From: a candidate division WOR-3 bacterium | Lineage (GTDB): Bacteria; Hydrothermota; Tepidihabitantia; Tepidihabitantales; JAOUPE01 | DNA: 22,056 nucleotides | Assembly: GCA_039801565.1 (NCBI GenBank) | Contig: JBDRUX010000031.1 | Coordinates: 1 to 22,056, forward strand | Direction: 5' to 3' | Part shown: positions 7,133 to 15,882 of the stretch, in pieces | Position numbering within the stretch: the stretch's first letter is position 1 | Layout: every line of letters starts with the position of its first letter | Made by a program: the position numbers and the translations under genes | Notes under the pieces: model-generated | Told to the model about the DNA's origin: nothing | Seen by the model: only the letters and a program-made list of their open reading frames with translations | The model's database searches: none

Positions 7133-8161
7133 TTATTTCGCTGGGGAAGTTGATAAAGTTTTCCAAACTGCATAGGCTAACTTTTCCGTACCGTCACGCT
7201 TGATTAAACCGATATGGTCATTTTCGTCCAAATCGTGTAACCACGCCCAACCGAATAATCTTAGATTTATCCCTTGTTGTTTAGTCAACCGTTCAGCAAC
7301 TTGGGTTATAAAATTGGCTTGAGCCTGTTCACCACCAAATTCGGTCATCGCTGGCCATCCCAGTTCTGTAAAACCAAAAGGTTTATTAGGCAGATTGGCA
7401 ACAGTTTGAACATAGTAATCATCTGGAATATCGGCTGGTCGGTTTATCCCTGAAACTGCATACGGATAACTGGTGAAGACCAAAATGTCTAATTTATTGG
7501 TCGGGAATATATTGAGAATATCAAGATTGGCGGTTCGGTATTCGGTGACAATTTCGCGGGCAAAGGTGCAAAAGACATTAGTCTGGGGTGAAATTTCTTT
7601 TATCGAATCATAAATTTCTTCGTAAAGGCTAATGTAGTGTTGGAAGCCATTAGGATTTCCTTCCTCGGCACCGTATTTTTCATACCAGCGATTGACTTCA
7701 TTGCCAATTGATAAATATAGTGGCCGCGTAGCCTTGACACTATTTAGCACCGCTTGTTTGTAAGCATTCCGCCATTCGGGATTATCGAGCGTTGCGCCTT
7801 CCTGTCCAGGCGGTGTGATTAAATTAACACCGGCGCCATAAAAATTGATATTAATTATCGGAAACATCCCATTGTCCCGGATATATTCTTTCACAAATGT
7901 CCTTCCCCATTCACCATTTAAATCATCCGCCAAGTTATAAAAGGGAGTAGGACGCCCCCAAACCGGTGAAAATTCACAATACTCCGATGCCTGAGCATAA
8001 GCCTCGCTGAAAGATTGATTTTCGCCCGGCGTTGGCAAAATTCCCATAAAGAAACCACGGGCAGGCAGTGAAGGAGTATCTATTGGGGTGATTTGGCTTT
8101 TCGTTTTATGACAGGTTGTGCCAAGAATTAAAAAAATAAAAGCAAAAACTTTTTTAGCTAT
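7133..8161 (-). CDS. Clan GH-A (TIM-barrel) glycoside hydrolase lipoprotein, with probable AUA start at 8161 (first ATG at 8047)
   Basis: IGNEVN (acid/base) and GFTELGWP (nucleophile) motifs. An in-frame 38-codon extension encodes the signal peptide AKKVFAFIFLILGTTC directly after the SD GGGAGG. Confidence 0.7.
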   Translation of the reverse strand: MAKKVFAFIFLILGTTCHKTKSQITPIDTPSLPARGFFMGILPTPGENQSFSEAYAQASEYCEFSPVWGRPTPFYNLADDLNGEWGRTFVKEYIRDNGMFPIININFYGAGVNLITPPGQEGATLDNPEWRNAYKQAVLNSVKATRPLYLSIGNEVNRWYEKYGAEEGNPNGFQHYISLYEEIYDSIKEISPQTNVFCTFAREIVTEYRTANLDILNIFPTNKLDILVFTSYPYAVSGINRPADIPDDYYVQTVANLPNKPFGFTELGWPAMTEFGGEQAQANFITQVAERLTKQQGINLRLFGWAWLHDLDENDHIGLIKRDGTEKLAYAVWKTLSTSPAK

Positions 8162-8180
8162 TTGTTCCTCCCTTTCAGAC

Positions 8181-8208
8181 AGGTTATGCCAAATTTATTT
8201 AAAGTCAA
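8181..8208 (-). promoter_or_regulatory. sigma70-like promoter for the GH-GNAT-GNAT operon
   Basis: TTGACT-16 nt-TAACCT followed by GAAAGGGAGGAACAA-ATA. Confidence 0.6.
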
Positions 8209-8234
8209 GTAATAAAATTTTTTTAATCCCAGGG

Positions 8235-9041
8235 TTACGAGTTTATGATATGCTTGAGATAGTAATAAAAGACAGGAATTGTAAAGAGTAAACTATCAAT
8301 CCGGTCCAAAAAGCCGCCATGGGCAAAAAGTAGATTTGAACTATCTTTCAAACCGGCTTCGCGTTTAAAGACCGATTCGACTAAATCGCCGACTTGCGCC
8401 AAACTACCCATAATTAATCCTAACAGGAAAAGTTGAATAAATGGCTGGTTGGCCATAAAATGTTTCAGGTAGAGATAAGCAAAAATCGCCGCGAGAAACA
8501 CACCGCTGGCAAAACCCTCAATTGTTTTATTAGGACTGATGTCAGGTGCCAATTTAGTTTTACCAAAAAGTTTGCCGCCAAGCAAACCGCCGGTATCGTT
8601 AATCCAGGTCAAAAATAAAGGGAAGAGCACCAACCAGGTCGAGAAATTTACTGTGATTGACAATTGCTTTAACATTAAAAAATGGGCGGGCAGGAAACCC
8701 AAATAGAAATAAGTAAAAATCCCGTAAGTTATAATTGAACTTCGATTCATTTTGGCTAAAAGTCCGGCAAGGATAATTAGAAAAATTGGTAGGAGATAAA
8801 ATCCTTTTGGTATCTTTAAAAGAACTGCTAAAAATAAAAATAAATTTGACCCAACTGTGATATAAGGATTAAGTTGAATCGCTTTAAGTCTTAAAATGTT
8901 AAGTAGTTCAACCGTAGCAACAGTGAGCCAGACGGCAATAAAAATTAAAAGCAAAAAAGGTGGTCCAAAGGTTGTTATGGCAATCACCAGGCCGAGCAAT
9001 GTACCGATGATAATTCGATTGAGGACACTACTCGATTTCAT
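8235..9041 (-). CDS. cdsA: Phosphatidate cytidylyltransferase
   Basis: Polytopic membrane protein with W.NDT, KLAPDISPNKTIEG, GDLVESVFKR.AG.KDS, HGGFLDRIDS; lies after uppS. Start placed at ATG 9041, overlapping the uppS end. Confidence 0.95.
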   Translation of the reverse strand: MKSSSVLNRIIIGTLLGLVIAITTFGPPFLLLIFIAVWLTVATVELLNILRLKAIQLNPYITVGSNLFLFLAVLLKIPKGFYLLPIFLIILAGLLAKMNRSSIITYGIFTYFYLGFLPAHFLMLKQLSITVNFSTWLVLFPLFLTWINDTGGLLGGKLFGKTKLAPDISPNKTIEGFASGVFLAAIFAYLYLKHFMANQPFIQLFLLGLIMGSLAQVGDLVESVFKREAGLKDSSNLLFAHGGFLDRIDSLLFTIPVFYYYLKHIINS

Positions 9042-9723
9042 AGACCCGACCAAAACGCCTTTTTCTTTTTGAGAAATCCTCAATTGCTTTTAGCAACTCC
9101 TCCTTATTAAAATCGGGCCAAAGGGTTTCGGTGAAATAGAGTTCAGTATAAGCCAATTGATAAAGCAGGAAATTAGAAATTCTCTTTTCGCCACCAGTGC
9201 GAATCAATAAATCTGGGTCAGGTAGTTCTGGGTCATAAAGAAAATTTTTGAAGTTGTCTTCGGTCAAATCTTTTACTTTAGAGGCTCGGGTAATTTTTTT
9301 ACAAGCGTCAACGATTTCCTGGCGTCCGCCATAATTGATTGCCATCGCCATTGTCAAACCAGTATTGTTTGCGGTTTTGGCAACTAAATTGAGCAGACTT
9401 TTGCGTGGTGCTTCAGGCAAATCATCGATCCGTCCGATTATTTTCACCCGAATATTATTTTTCTGCAATTCCGGTTCTTCCTGTTTTGGGACTTTGCTCA
9501 AAAGCCGCATCAACTCCTGCACTTCTCTTTTGGGACGCTGCCAATTTTCAGTCGAAAAAGTGAAAAGCGTCAGGTACTTAACACCCAAGTCATTACAGGC
9601 GCGAACAATTTTTCGAACCGACTCGATACCCTTTTTATGACCAAAATAACGGGGTAAATTTCGACGCCTTGCCCAACGACCATTACCATCCATTATTATT
9701 GCAATATGATTGGGAATCTTCAA
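9028..9723 (-). CDS. uppS: Undecaprenyl diphosphate synthase (cis-prenyltransferase)
   Basis: IPNHIAIIMDGNGRWA, FSTENWQRP, NYGGRQEI, DPDLLIRTGGEKRISNFLLYQ; TTG start. Confidence 0.97.
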   Translation of the reverse strand: MKIPNHIAIIMDGNGRWARRRNLPRYFGHKKGIESVRKIVRACNDLGVKYLTLFTFSTENWQRPKREVQELMRLLSKVPKQEEPELQKNNIRVKIIGRIDDLPEAPRKSLLNLVAKTANNTGLTMAMAINYGGRQEIVDACKKITRASKVKDLTEDNFKNFLYDPELPDPDLLIRTGGEKRISNFLLYQLAYTELYFTETLWPDFNKEELLKAIEDFSKRKRRFGRVYEIE

Positions 9724-9750
9724 ATCAGTGGCGATTATGACCGCGACTGC

Positions 9751-10308
9751 CTATTTTTCTAAGATTTCTTTCTCTTTTTTGGCAAGGAGGTCGTCGATGT
9801 TCTTGATGAATTCGTCGGTTAAATCCTGTACCTTTTTTACTCCTTGATGCGAATCATCTTCGGAGATTTTCTTCTCTTTTTCTAATTTTTTAATCTGCTC
9901 GTTGCTTTCGCGGCGAATGTTTCGAATTGCTACCCGGGCATCTTCGGCTAACTTGGCACAAAGTTTCACTAACTCTTTTCTCCGCTCTTCGGTTAATGGT
10001 GGAATTGGAATCCGAAGCAAATTGGCCTCAACTTGTGGTGCCAAACCGATATCGGCTTTATAGATTGCCTTTTCAATCTCCGGTAGGGCATTACGGTCCC
10101 ACGGTTGAATGACAATTTGCCTCGGGTCAGGAATTGAAATAGTCGCAATTTGACGCAATGGAACATTTGTGCCATAATAATTAACCTTGACGCCATCTAA
10201 AATAGCAGGATTGGCGCGGGCGGTTCGGAGTCGCGAAAATTCTAAGGCTAACAACTCAACCGTCTTCTGCATCTTTGCCTTCGTATTTTTATAGACATCT
10301 TCTAACAT
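9751..10308 (-). CDS. frr: Ribosome recycling factor
   Basis: LRTARANPAILD.V.V.YYG, IQPWD, PPLTEERRKELVK, RVAIRNIRR, KEKEILE. Confidence 0.98.
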   Translation of the reverse strand: MLEDVYKNTKAKMQKTVELLALEFSRLRTARANPAILDGVKVNYYGTNVPLRQIATISIPDPRQIVIQPWDRNALPEIEKAIYKADIGLAPQVEANLLRIPIPPLTEERRKELVKLCAKLAEDARVAIRNIRRESNEQIKKLEKEKKISEDDSHQGVKKVQDLTDEFIKNIDDLLAKKEKEILEK

Positions 10309-10991
10309 ATCATACTCCCGATCTTTTTACCAACCAAGACTTTTTTTAAAGAGTTGGGCTCGAAGATATTTAATACCACAATCGGTATTTGATTTTCCTG
10401 GCATAAGGTAAAAGCGGTAGCATCCATTATTTTAAGGTCTTGTTTTAAGGTTTGGCTGTAACTTATCTTATCATATTTAACCGCTTTTGGGTCTTTTTGG
10501 GGGTCAGCCGAATACACCCCAGCCACTTTGGTCCCTTTAATTAAAATATCGGCTTTGAGTTCTGCTGCCCGTAACGCCGCTGCGGTATCGGTTGTGAAAT
10601 AAGGATTTCCAGTACCGCCAGATAAGACTAAAAGATGTCCGTTTTTTAAAATTTCCAATGCCCGGTCTTGGCTATAGGGTTCAACGATATTGGGAACCGG
10701 CAAAGCGGAAAGGTGGCAAACTTTAGCTAATGGTTTAAGGGCACTCTCTAATAATAATCCATTTGCTACTGTTGCGATTAAACCAATACGGTCGGCAGTC
10801 AGTCGGTCCATATCGGTCGCCATTTTACCTCTCATAAAATTTCCGCCCCCGACCACGATTCCAATTTTGGTACGGAGTCTATAAGCATCGAGAATCTGTC
10901 GGACAACTAAATTTAAAGTTTTTGGAGCAACAAAGGCTTCACCAGAAATTTTAAGGATTATTTGCGAATAGCGGGTTTTTGTCTTACTCAC
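10302..10991 (-). CDS. pyrH: UMP kinase
   Basis: ILKISGEA, VVGGGNFMRG, GGTGNPYFTTDTAAALRA, GVYSADP, IMDATAF. Start placed at GTG 10991, overlapping the tsf stop. Confidence 0.95.
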   Translation of the reverse strand: MSKTKTRYSQIILKISGEAFVAPKTLNLVVRQILDAYRLRTKIGIVVGGGNFMRGKMATDMDRLTADRIGLIATVANGLLLESALKPLAKVCHLSALPVPNIVEPYSQDRALEILKNGHLLVLSGGTGNPYFTTDTAAALRAAELKADILIKGTKVAGVYSADPQKDPKAVKYDKISYSQTLKQDLKIMDATAFTLCQENQIPIVVLNIFEPNSLKKVLVGKKIGSMIC

Positions 10992-11577
10992 CCAACTTAA
11001 ACCGCACGAACCGTTTGATTCGGATATTCTCGCCAAATTTTGCAATTTGCTCTTTTAAATAGTCGCCAACCTTCTTCTCCGGGATCTTTACAAATGGTTG
11101 TTCTAATAAGCAGACATCGGCATAAAATTTCTCCATTTTGCCTTGAACAATTTTTTCAATCACCGAAGCCGGCTTACCCGAAGTACTGGCTTGGGCTTCA
11201 TAAATCCGTTTTTCCCGCTCAATCACCTCAGGTGACAAGTCTTCCCGGGAAACCGCTAAAGGGTCACAAGCCGCAATCTGAATTGCAATATCATGAACAA
11301 ATTGGCGGAATTCGGGATTTCGGGCGACAAAATCGGTTTCGGTTAAAACCTCAACTAATACCCCTAATCGTTCACCAGCATGGATATAAGCATCGATTAC
11401 CCCTTCAATGGTTGGTCGTTCAAATTTCTTTTCTGCTTTGGCGATACCCTTTTTGCGTAAAATTTCAATCGCTTTTTCGATATCGCCATTGGCTTCTTCC
11501 AGGGCATTTTTGCAATCTAAGATTGCTGACCCGGTTCGGGCGCGCAATTCCTTAACTTTTTCTAAATCGCTACTCAT
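10984..11577 (-). CDS. tsf: Elongation factor Ts (short ~200 aa form)
   Basis: VKELRARTG..ILDCK.AL, ETDFVARN, LLEQPFVK, IKRFVRFKLGE. Confidence 0.98.
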   Translation of the reverse strand: MSSDLEKVKELRARTGSAILDCKNALEEANGDIEKAIEILRKKGIAKAEKKFERPTIEGVIDAYIHAGERLGVLVEVLTETDFVARNPEFRQFVHDIAIQIAACDPLAVSREDLSPEVIEREKRIYEAQASTSGKPASVIEKIVQGKMEKFYADVCLLEQPFVKIPEKKVGDYLKEQIAKFGENIRIKRFVRFKLGE

Positions 11578-12287
11578 CTTGTTTCTTCCTTTTCGGTTTC
11601 AAATCCTTTCTTTCCTTCCATCACTGCATTGGCAATGATTTGTGTTATCAGTTTGATTGACCGCATCGCATCATCATTGCCTGGGATCGGATAGTCAACC
11701 AAATCTGGGTCACCATTTGTATCAATAAATCCCACCACTGGAATTTTCATCCTCTTTGCTTCAGCCAGAGCGGTCTTTTCGCGCATCACATCAACAATAT
11801 AAACTACTCCGGGTAATCGGTCCATCTCTTTGACACCAGAAAATATTTTCGATAACCGGTTATATTCCCGTTCGAAATTCGCCTGTTCTTTTTTGGTCAT
11901 CGTCTCCAACCGACCTTCAGTTTTCATCCGTTCCAATTCAACTAATCGTAGAATTCGCGATGAGATAACTTCGAAATTGGTTAAAAGTCCGCCTAACCAA
12001 CGCTCGTTAACATAAAAGGCACCACACCGTTTGGCTTCTTCTTCAATAATTGGCTTGGCTTGTTGCTTGGTACCGACAAAAAGAGCGTCTTTGCCAGTCT
12101 CAACAATACTACGCACCGCTTGATAGGCGTTGCGAATCCTGTCTAATGTCTTTTCCAAATCAATAATGTAAATTCCATTCCTCTTCCCAAAGATATAAGG
12201 TTTCATTTTTGGATTCCAACGCCGCGAACGGTGTCCGAAATGAACCCCGGCTTCTAAGAGGTCACGAATTGTTAACGTTTGGTCCAC
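11574..12287 (-). CDS. rpsB: 30S ribosomal protein S2
   Basis: LLEAGVHFGH...WNPKM, FVGTKQQA, RWLGGLLTNF, PIPGNDDAMRSI; GTG start inside rpsI. Confidence 0.98.
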   Translation of the reverse strand: MDQTLTIRDLLEAGVHFGHRSRRWNPKMKPYIFGKRNGIYIIDLEKTLDRIRNAYQAVRSIVETGKDALFVGTKQQAKPIIEEEAKRCGAFYVNERWLGGLLTNFEVISSRILRLVELERMKTEGRLETMTKKEQANFEREYNRLSKIFSGVKEMDRLPGVVYIVDVMREKTALAEAKRMKIPVVGFIDTNGDPDLVDYPIPGNDDAMRSIKLITQIIANAVMEGKKGFETEKEETR

Positions 12288-12661
12288 TGGAAGCGTTTCC
12301 TCCTTTTTGCCAAACCGTATTTCATCCGTTCTTTCTCACGAGGGTCTCGTTTCAATAACTCAGCACTTTTTAATGTCTTGCGAAAGTTACTATCAATTTC
12401 GAGCAAGGCGCGGGCAGTGCCTAAGGCAATTGCATCCGCCTGGGCAGAAACACCGCCCCCTCGAACCTGACAAATCACATCGTATTGGCCTAAAGTATTA
12501 GTAACCTTAAATGGCGATAACACAACATTCATTAAGTCAAGTCGGCCCAGATAGTCTGAGGCATTTCGGTTGTTAATTTTTATCTCGCCTTTGCCTGGAG
12601 TCAACCAGACCTTTGCGACTGCGGTCTTTCTGGAACCGGTTGCAAAAATCGTATTTTTCAT
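12272..12661 (-). CDS. rpsI: 30S ribosomal protein S9
   Basis: ATGSRKTAVAKV, VRGGGVSAQADAI, LLKRDPREKERMKYGL..R...Q..KR. Confidence 0.97.
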   Translation of the reverse strand: MKNTIFATGSRKTAVAKVWLTPGKGEIKINNRNASDYLGRLDLMNVVLSPFKVTNTLGQYDVICQVRGGGVSAQADAIALGTARALLEIDSNFRKTLKSAELLKRDPREKERMKYGLAKRRKRFQWTKR

Positions 12662-13086
12662 AATGTTAGCGGTACGGGCGACTGAGCCTGATGGGGATGA
12701 TTTCCATCAGCATAGACTTTAAGCCGGCGCATTCGTGGCGCCTGATGACGATTTTTGGGTAACATTCTTTTCACAGCCAGTTGTATCACTCGCTCCGGTC
12801 GTTTTAACAATAAATCCTTTAGCCGTTCCTGTTTCAGACCGCCGGGATAAAAGGTATGGTGGTAATAAATTTTATTCTCAAGTTTTTTCCCAGTCACTTT
12901 GACCTGTTTGGCATTAATTACCACAACAAAATCGCCCTGGTCAATATGGGGAGTGAAAGTTGGTTTATCTTTCCCCATCAAGATGCGGGCAATCCTTGAT
13001 GCCAAGCGACCTAAAATTTCCCCCTTGGCATCAATTAGATACCAATTTCTTTTAATATCCTGCTTTTTTGCTACAAAACTTCGCAT
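12658..13086 (-). CDS. rplM: 50S ribosomal protein L13
   Basis: WYLIDA..EILGRLAS, GKDKPTFTPHID.GDFVVVINA, HT.YPGGLK, AVKRMLPKN, HPHQAQ.P. Confidence 0.98.
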   Translation of the reverse strand: MRSFVAKKQDIKRNWYLIDAKGEILGRLASRIARILMGKDKPTFTPHIDQGDFVVVINAKQVKVTGKKLENKIYYHHTFYPGGLKQERLKDLLLKRPERVIQLAVKRMLPKNRHQAPRMRRLKVYADGNHPHQAQSPVPLTL

Positions 13087-13095
13087 TAGGGTTAA

Positions 13096-13123
13096 TTTAT
13101 AACAAAATTTTTCTAAATGTCAA
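13096..13123 (-). promoter_or_regulatory. rplM operon promoter (leaderless or very short leader)
   Basis: TTGACA-16 nt-TATAAA with a TG extension (alternatively 18 nt-TAAATT). The ATG follows 7-9 nt later with no SD. Confidence 0.65.
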
Positions 13124-13138
13124 TAGCTTCTTTTTTCA

Positions 13139-13166
13139 TTGACATCTTGAATCATTTTAATATCAT
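13139..13166 (+). promoter_or_regulatory. Divergent promoter for the Mg2+ transporter pair
   Basis: TTGACA-16 nt-TATCAT, back-to-back with the rplM promoter. Confidence 0.65.
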
Positions 13167-13185
13167 ACCGACGCACTGTAAAACA

Positions 13186-14496
13186 ATGGCAAAAGTTCAA
13201 GTATTCGCTTATCTTTCGGACTTTATTGGTGTGCCCGTGGTTGATATTGATAACCGTTTGGTCGGCAAAATATTTGATTTTACCATTACCAAGCCTGAAG
13301 AAAGTTATCCTTTACTTAGCGGTGTTACCATTAAAGAAGGCGCAATAAAACCAAGATATGCCCAAATCCCAACTGATAAGGTAGCGACAATTGGTGACCC
13401 CTTCCGCTTGAAAATAAAAGGCTCGGAGATTGTTTTCACACCAAACCCATTTAACTCTGAATTCAGTTTGCGCCGGGATATCTTAGACCAACAGGTAGTT
13501 GATACCTTTAACCAAAAAGTGATTCGAGTGAATGATATTCATCTTTTGCGGGTTGACAATGAACTTCGTTTAGCCCATGTTGATATCGGCTGGCGGGGGA
13601 TTGTCCGACGCTTAGGCTGGGAAAAATTTATTGACTTCTGGTTTAAAATCTTTGCACCCAATTCCAATTATCTGACAAAAGAACCCTTGGTGAGTTGGAA
13701 GTTTATCCATCCGTTATCGGTTGGCTCGCGAGCGATGCCGTTACGGGCAAGTTTAGCCCGCGAGCAACTTTTATCCATCCCACCACCGGATTTGGGCGAA
13801 ATGATGCTCGATTTAGACTTAAAGGTCCGAGTCGCTCTGTTCCGATTGCTTGATGCCAAAACTAAAGCAAAGATTTTTGAAAGTCTCGATATGTCCAATC
13901 GGGTCTCAATTCTCGAAGAACTTGAGACTAAAGAGGTAGTCGAAATTATTGAGAATATGTCACCCGATGAGGCAACCGATTTATTAGAACATTTACCCAA
14001 AGGTTTAGTCAACGATGTCTTAGCCTTAATGGAAGGGTCGCGTGCTAAAAAACTCTCAACCCTTTTAGGTTATTCAAGTGATTCAGCGGGCGGGATAATG
14101 ACCACAGAATATATCGCCCTTTCCGATAAATTTACTGTGGCTCAGGCATTAACGCAAATTAAAGAAAAGGCAAAAGATGTTGAATTTGTCCCTCAATATT
14201 TATGTGTGGTTGACGACAACAACAAATTGGTTGGTACAACTACTTTGTTAAGACTCATCGCGGCACCGCCAAATATCCCGATTACCCAAGCCATGGTTGC
14301 CAAACCAGTCTTTGTCTACCTCGATGCCAGTTTGAGAGAAGTGGCATATATGATGGATAAATACCAATGTGCAACCATTCCAGTCTTAGACCGAAATCAT
14401 ACTGTTCATGGTATAATCACCGAAGATGACATATTGGGACGAGTTATTAATATTGCCTGGCATCGTAAAATACGCCCAAAACAAAAGTTCAAATAG
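13186..14496 (+). CDS. Soluble PRC-barrel + MgtE intracellular (MgtE_N) + CBS-pair protein, no transmembrane domain
   Basis: LRRDILDQQVVD...RVNDI, ENMSPDEATDLL, SAGGIMTTEY, CBS motifs ending GIITEDDIL. Start moved to ATG 13186 because 13117 lies upstream of the promoter. Confidence 0.88.
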   Translation: MAKVQVFAYLSDFIGVPVVDIDNRLVGKIFDFTITKPEESYPLLSGVTIKEGAIKPRYAQIPTDKVATIGDPFRLKIKGSEIVFTPNPFNSEFSLRRDILDQQVVDTFNQKVIRVNDIHLLRVDNELRLAHVDIGWRGIVRRLGWEKFIDFWFKIFAPNSNYLTKEPLVSWKFIHPLSVGSRAMPLRASLAREQLLSIPPPDLGEMMLDLDLKVRVALFRLLDAKTKAKIFESLDMSNRVSILEELETKEVVEIIENMSPDEATDLLEHLPKGLVNDVLALMEGSRAKKLSTLLGYSSDSAGGIMTTEYIALSDKFTVAQALTQIKEKAKDVEFVPQYLCVVDDNNKLVGTTTLLRLIAAPPNIPITQAMVAKPVFVYLDASLREVAYMMDKYQCATIPVLDRNHTVHGIITEDDILGRVINIAWHRKIRPKQKFK

Positions 14497-14498
14497 CG

Positions 14499-15776
14499 AT
14501 GCGCACAATAAAAAGCGTCCAAGATTATTTTTTCAAACGAACCGGTTTTCTTGCCAGTCTTATGACTTTTTTTGCGGTGATTGGACCAGGTATCATCACT
14601 TCTAATGTTGATAACGATGCTGGTGGCATTTCGACTTACTCGATTGCGGGTGCCCATTTTGGCTATCGTCTACTTTGGTCAATAATCCCCATTATTATTA
14701 TTCTTATTATCACCCAAGAGATGAATGCGCGGATGGGGGTGGTTACCGGCAAGGGTCTTTCGGATTTGATTCGAGAAAAATTTGGCTTAAAAATCACTTT
14801 TTATCTTCTCCTCGCATTATTTTTTACTAATTTAGGTAATGTTATGGCAAATTTTTCTGGAGTTGCGGCAAGCCTTGAGATTTTTGGAGTAAGTAAATAT
14901 TTTTCCGTACCGTTAGCAGCATTTTTTATCTGGTGGTTAATTGTCAAAGGAAACTACAAAAGTGTCGAAAAAGTTTTTTTCGTTGCCGTGCTATTTTACT
15001 CAAGCTACATCTTATCCGGATTTTTAGCCAAGCCCAATTGGAATGATACGCTACTCGCAACTATTAAACCCAACTTTGACTTTCAGCCCAATTTTTTAAT
15101 AATATTGGTTGGCTTGGTTGGCACCTCGGTCGCACCCTGGCAATTTTTTTATCTTCAGGCTTCCACCGTGGAAAAGGGAATCAAAGTCGAAGAATACAAA
15201 TATGCCAGACTGGATGTCATCTTGGCAAGCATCTCCTGTATGATTGTAGCCTATTTTATCATTGTTGCCTGTGCCGCTACTTTATTTAAAGCCGGCATTA
15301 GAATTGAAAACGCCAAAGACGCTGCTTTAGCCCTAAAACCTTTGGCGGGCAAATACTGTTCGGCTCTATTTGCCTTTGGTTTACTCAACGCCTCGCTTTT
15401 TGCTGCATCAATCATACCATTGTCTACTACTTATACCATCTGTGAAGGGATGGGGTTTGAATCGGGTTTAGATAGGAGATTTCGCGACGCACCGCAATTT
15501 TATGGCCTTTATACTGCTTTGATTGTAATCGGTGCTGGCGTCGTATTAATCCCGCGTTTTCCACTTTTGACTGTAATGGTCGTCTCCCAAGTAATCAATG
15601 GTATCCTTTTGCCTTTCATTTTAATCTTTATGCTTTCACTCACTAACCGCAAAGACCTGATGGAAAATTATACTAACTCGAAAATCGTTAAGCTTATTGC
15701 TTGGCTAATCGTATTTGTTTTAACCTTACTGAATCTTTTTATGCTCGTTACCCTAATTTTCCCTTTAGCGAAATGA
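14499..15776 (+). CDS. NRAMP-family divalent metal transporter, NRMT/NrmT-like (Mg2+-type)
   Basis: GPGII...DNDAGGISTYS.AGA.FGY, QEM.ARMGVVTGKGL..LIRE.FG, TM6 GTSVAPWQFF. Confidence 0.9.
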   Translation: MRTIKSVQDYFFKRTGFLASLMTFFAVIGPGIITSNVDNDAGGISTYSIAGAHFGYRLLWSIIPIIIILIITQEMNARMGVVTGKGLSDLIREKFGLKITFYLLLALFFTNLGNVMANFSGVAASLEIFGVSKYFSVPLAAFFIWWLIVKGNYKSVEKVFFVAVLFYSSYILSGFLAKPNWNDTLLATIKPNFDFQPNFLIILVGLVGTSVAPWQFFYLQASTVEKGIKVEEYKYARLDVILASISCMIVAYFIIVACAATLFKAGIRIENAKDAALALKPLAGKYCSALFAFGLLNASLFAASIIPLSTTYTICEGMGFESGLDRRFRDAPQFYGLYTALIVIGAGVVLIPRFPLLTVMVVSQVINGILLPFILIFMLSLTNRKDLMENYTNSKIVKLIAWLIVFVLTLLNLFMLVTLIFPLAK

Positions 15777-15786
15777 ATGCATCTTC

Positions 15787-15814
15787 TTGACAATCATCTT
15801 GTTTTCTTTATGCT
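15787..15814 (+). promoter_or_regulatory. gap operon promoter
   Basis: TTGACA-16 nt-TATGCT; SD AAAGGAG before ATG 15883. Confidence 0.6.
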
Positions 15815-15882
15815 AATAATCAATTGAGTTATCAGATAATATACCCATTTTGATTGGACTTATAAAAAAGAAAGGAGAAAAA

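Noticed and set aside
13115..13147. Inverted repeat ATGTCAAT...ATTGACAT as a transcription-factor operator
   Set aside because: Fully explained by two back-to-back TTGACA -35 boxes.
13117..13185. Longer ORF-track starts for the MgtE_N gene (13117), also pyrH (11045), cdsA (9083) and gap (15850)
   Set aside because: The extensions lie upstream of the promoter or SD, or deep in the preceding gene, and do not resemble the families; downstream starts fit better.
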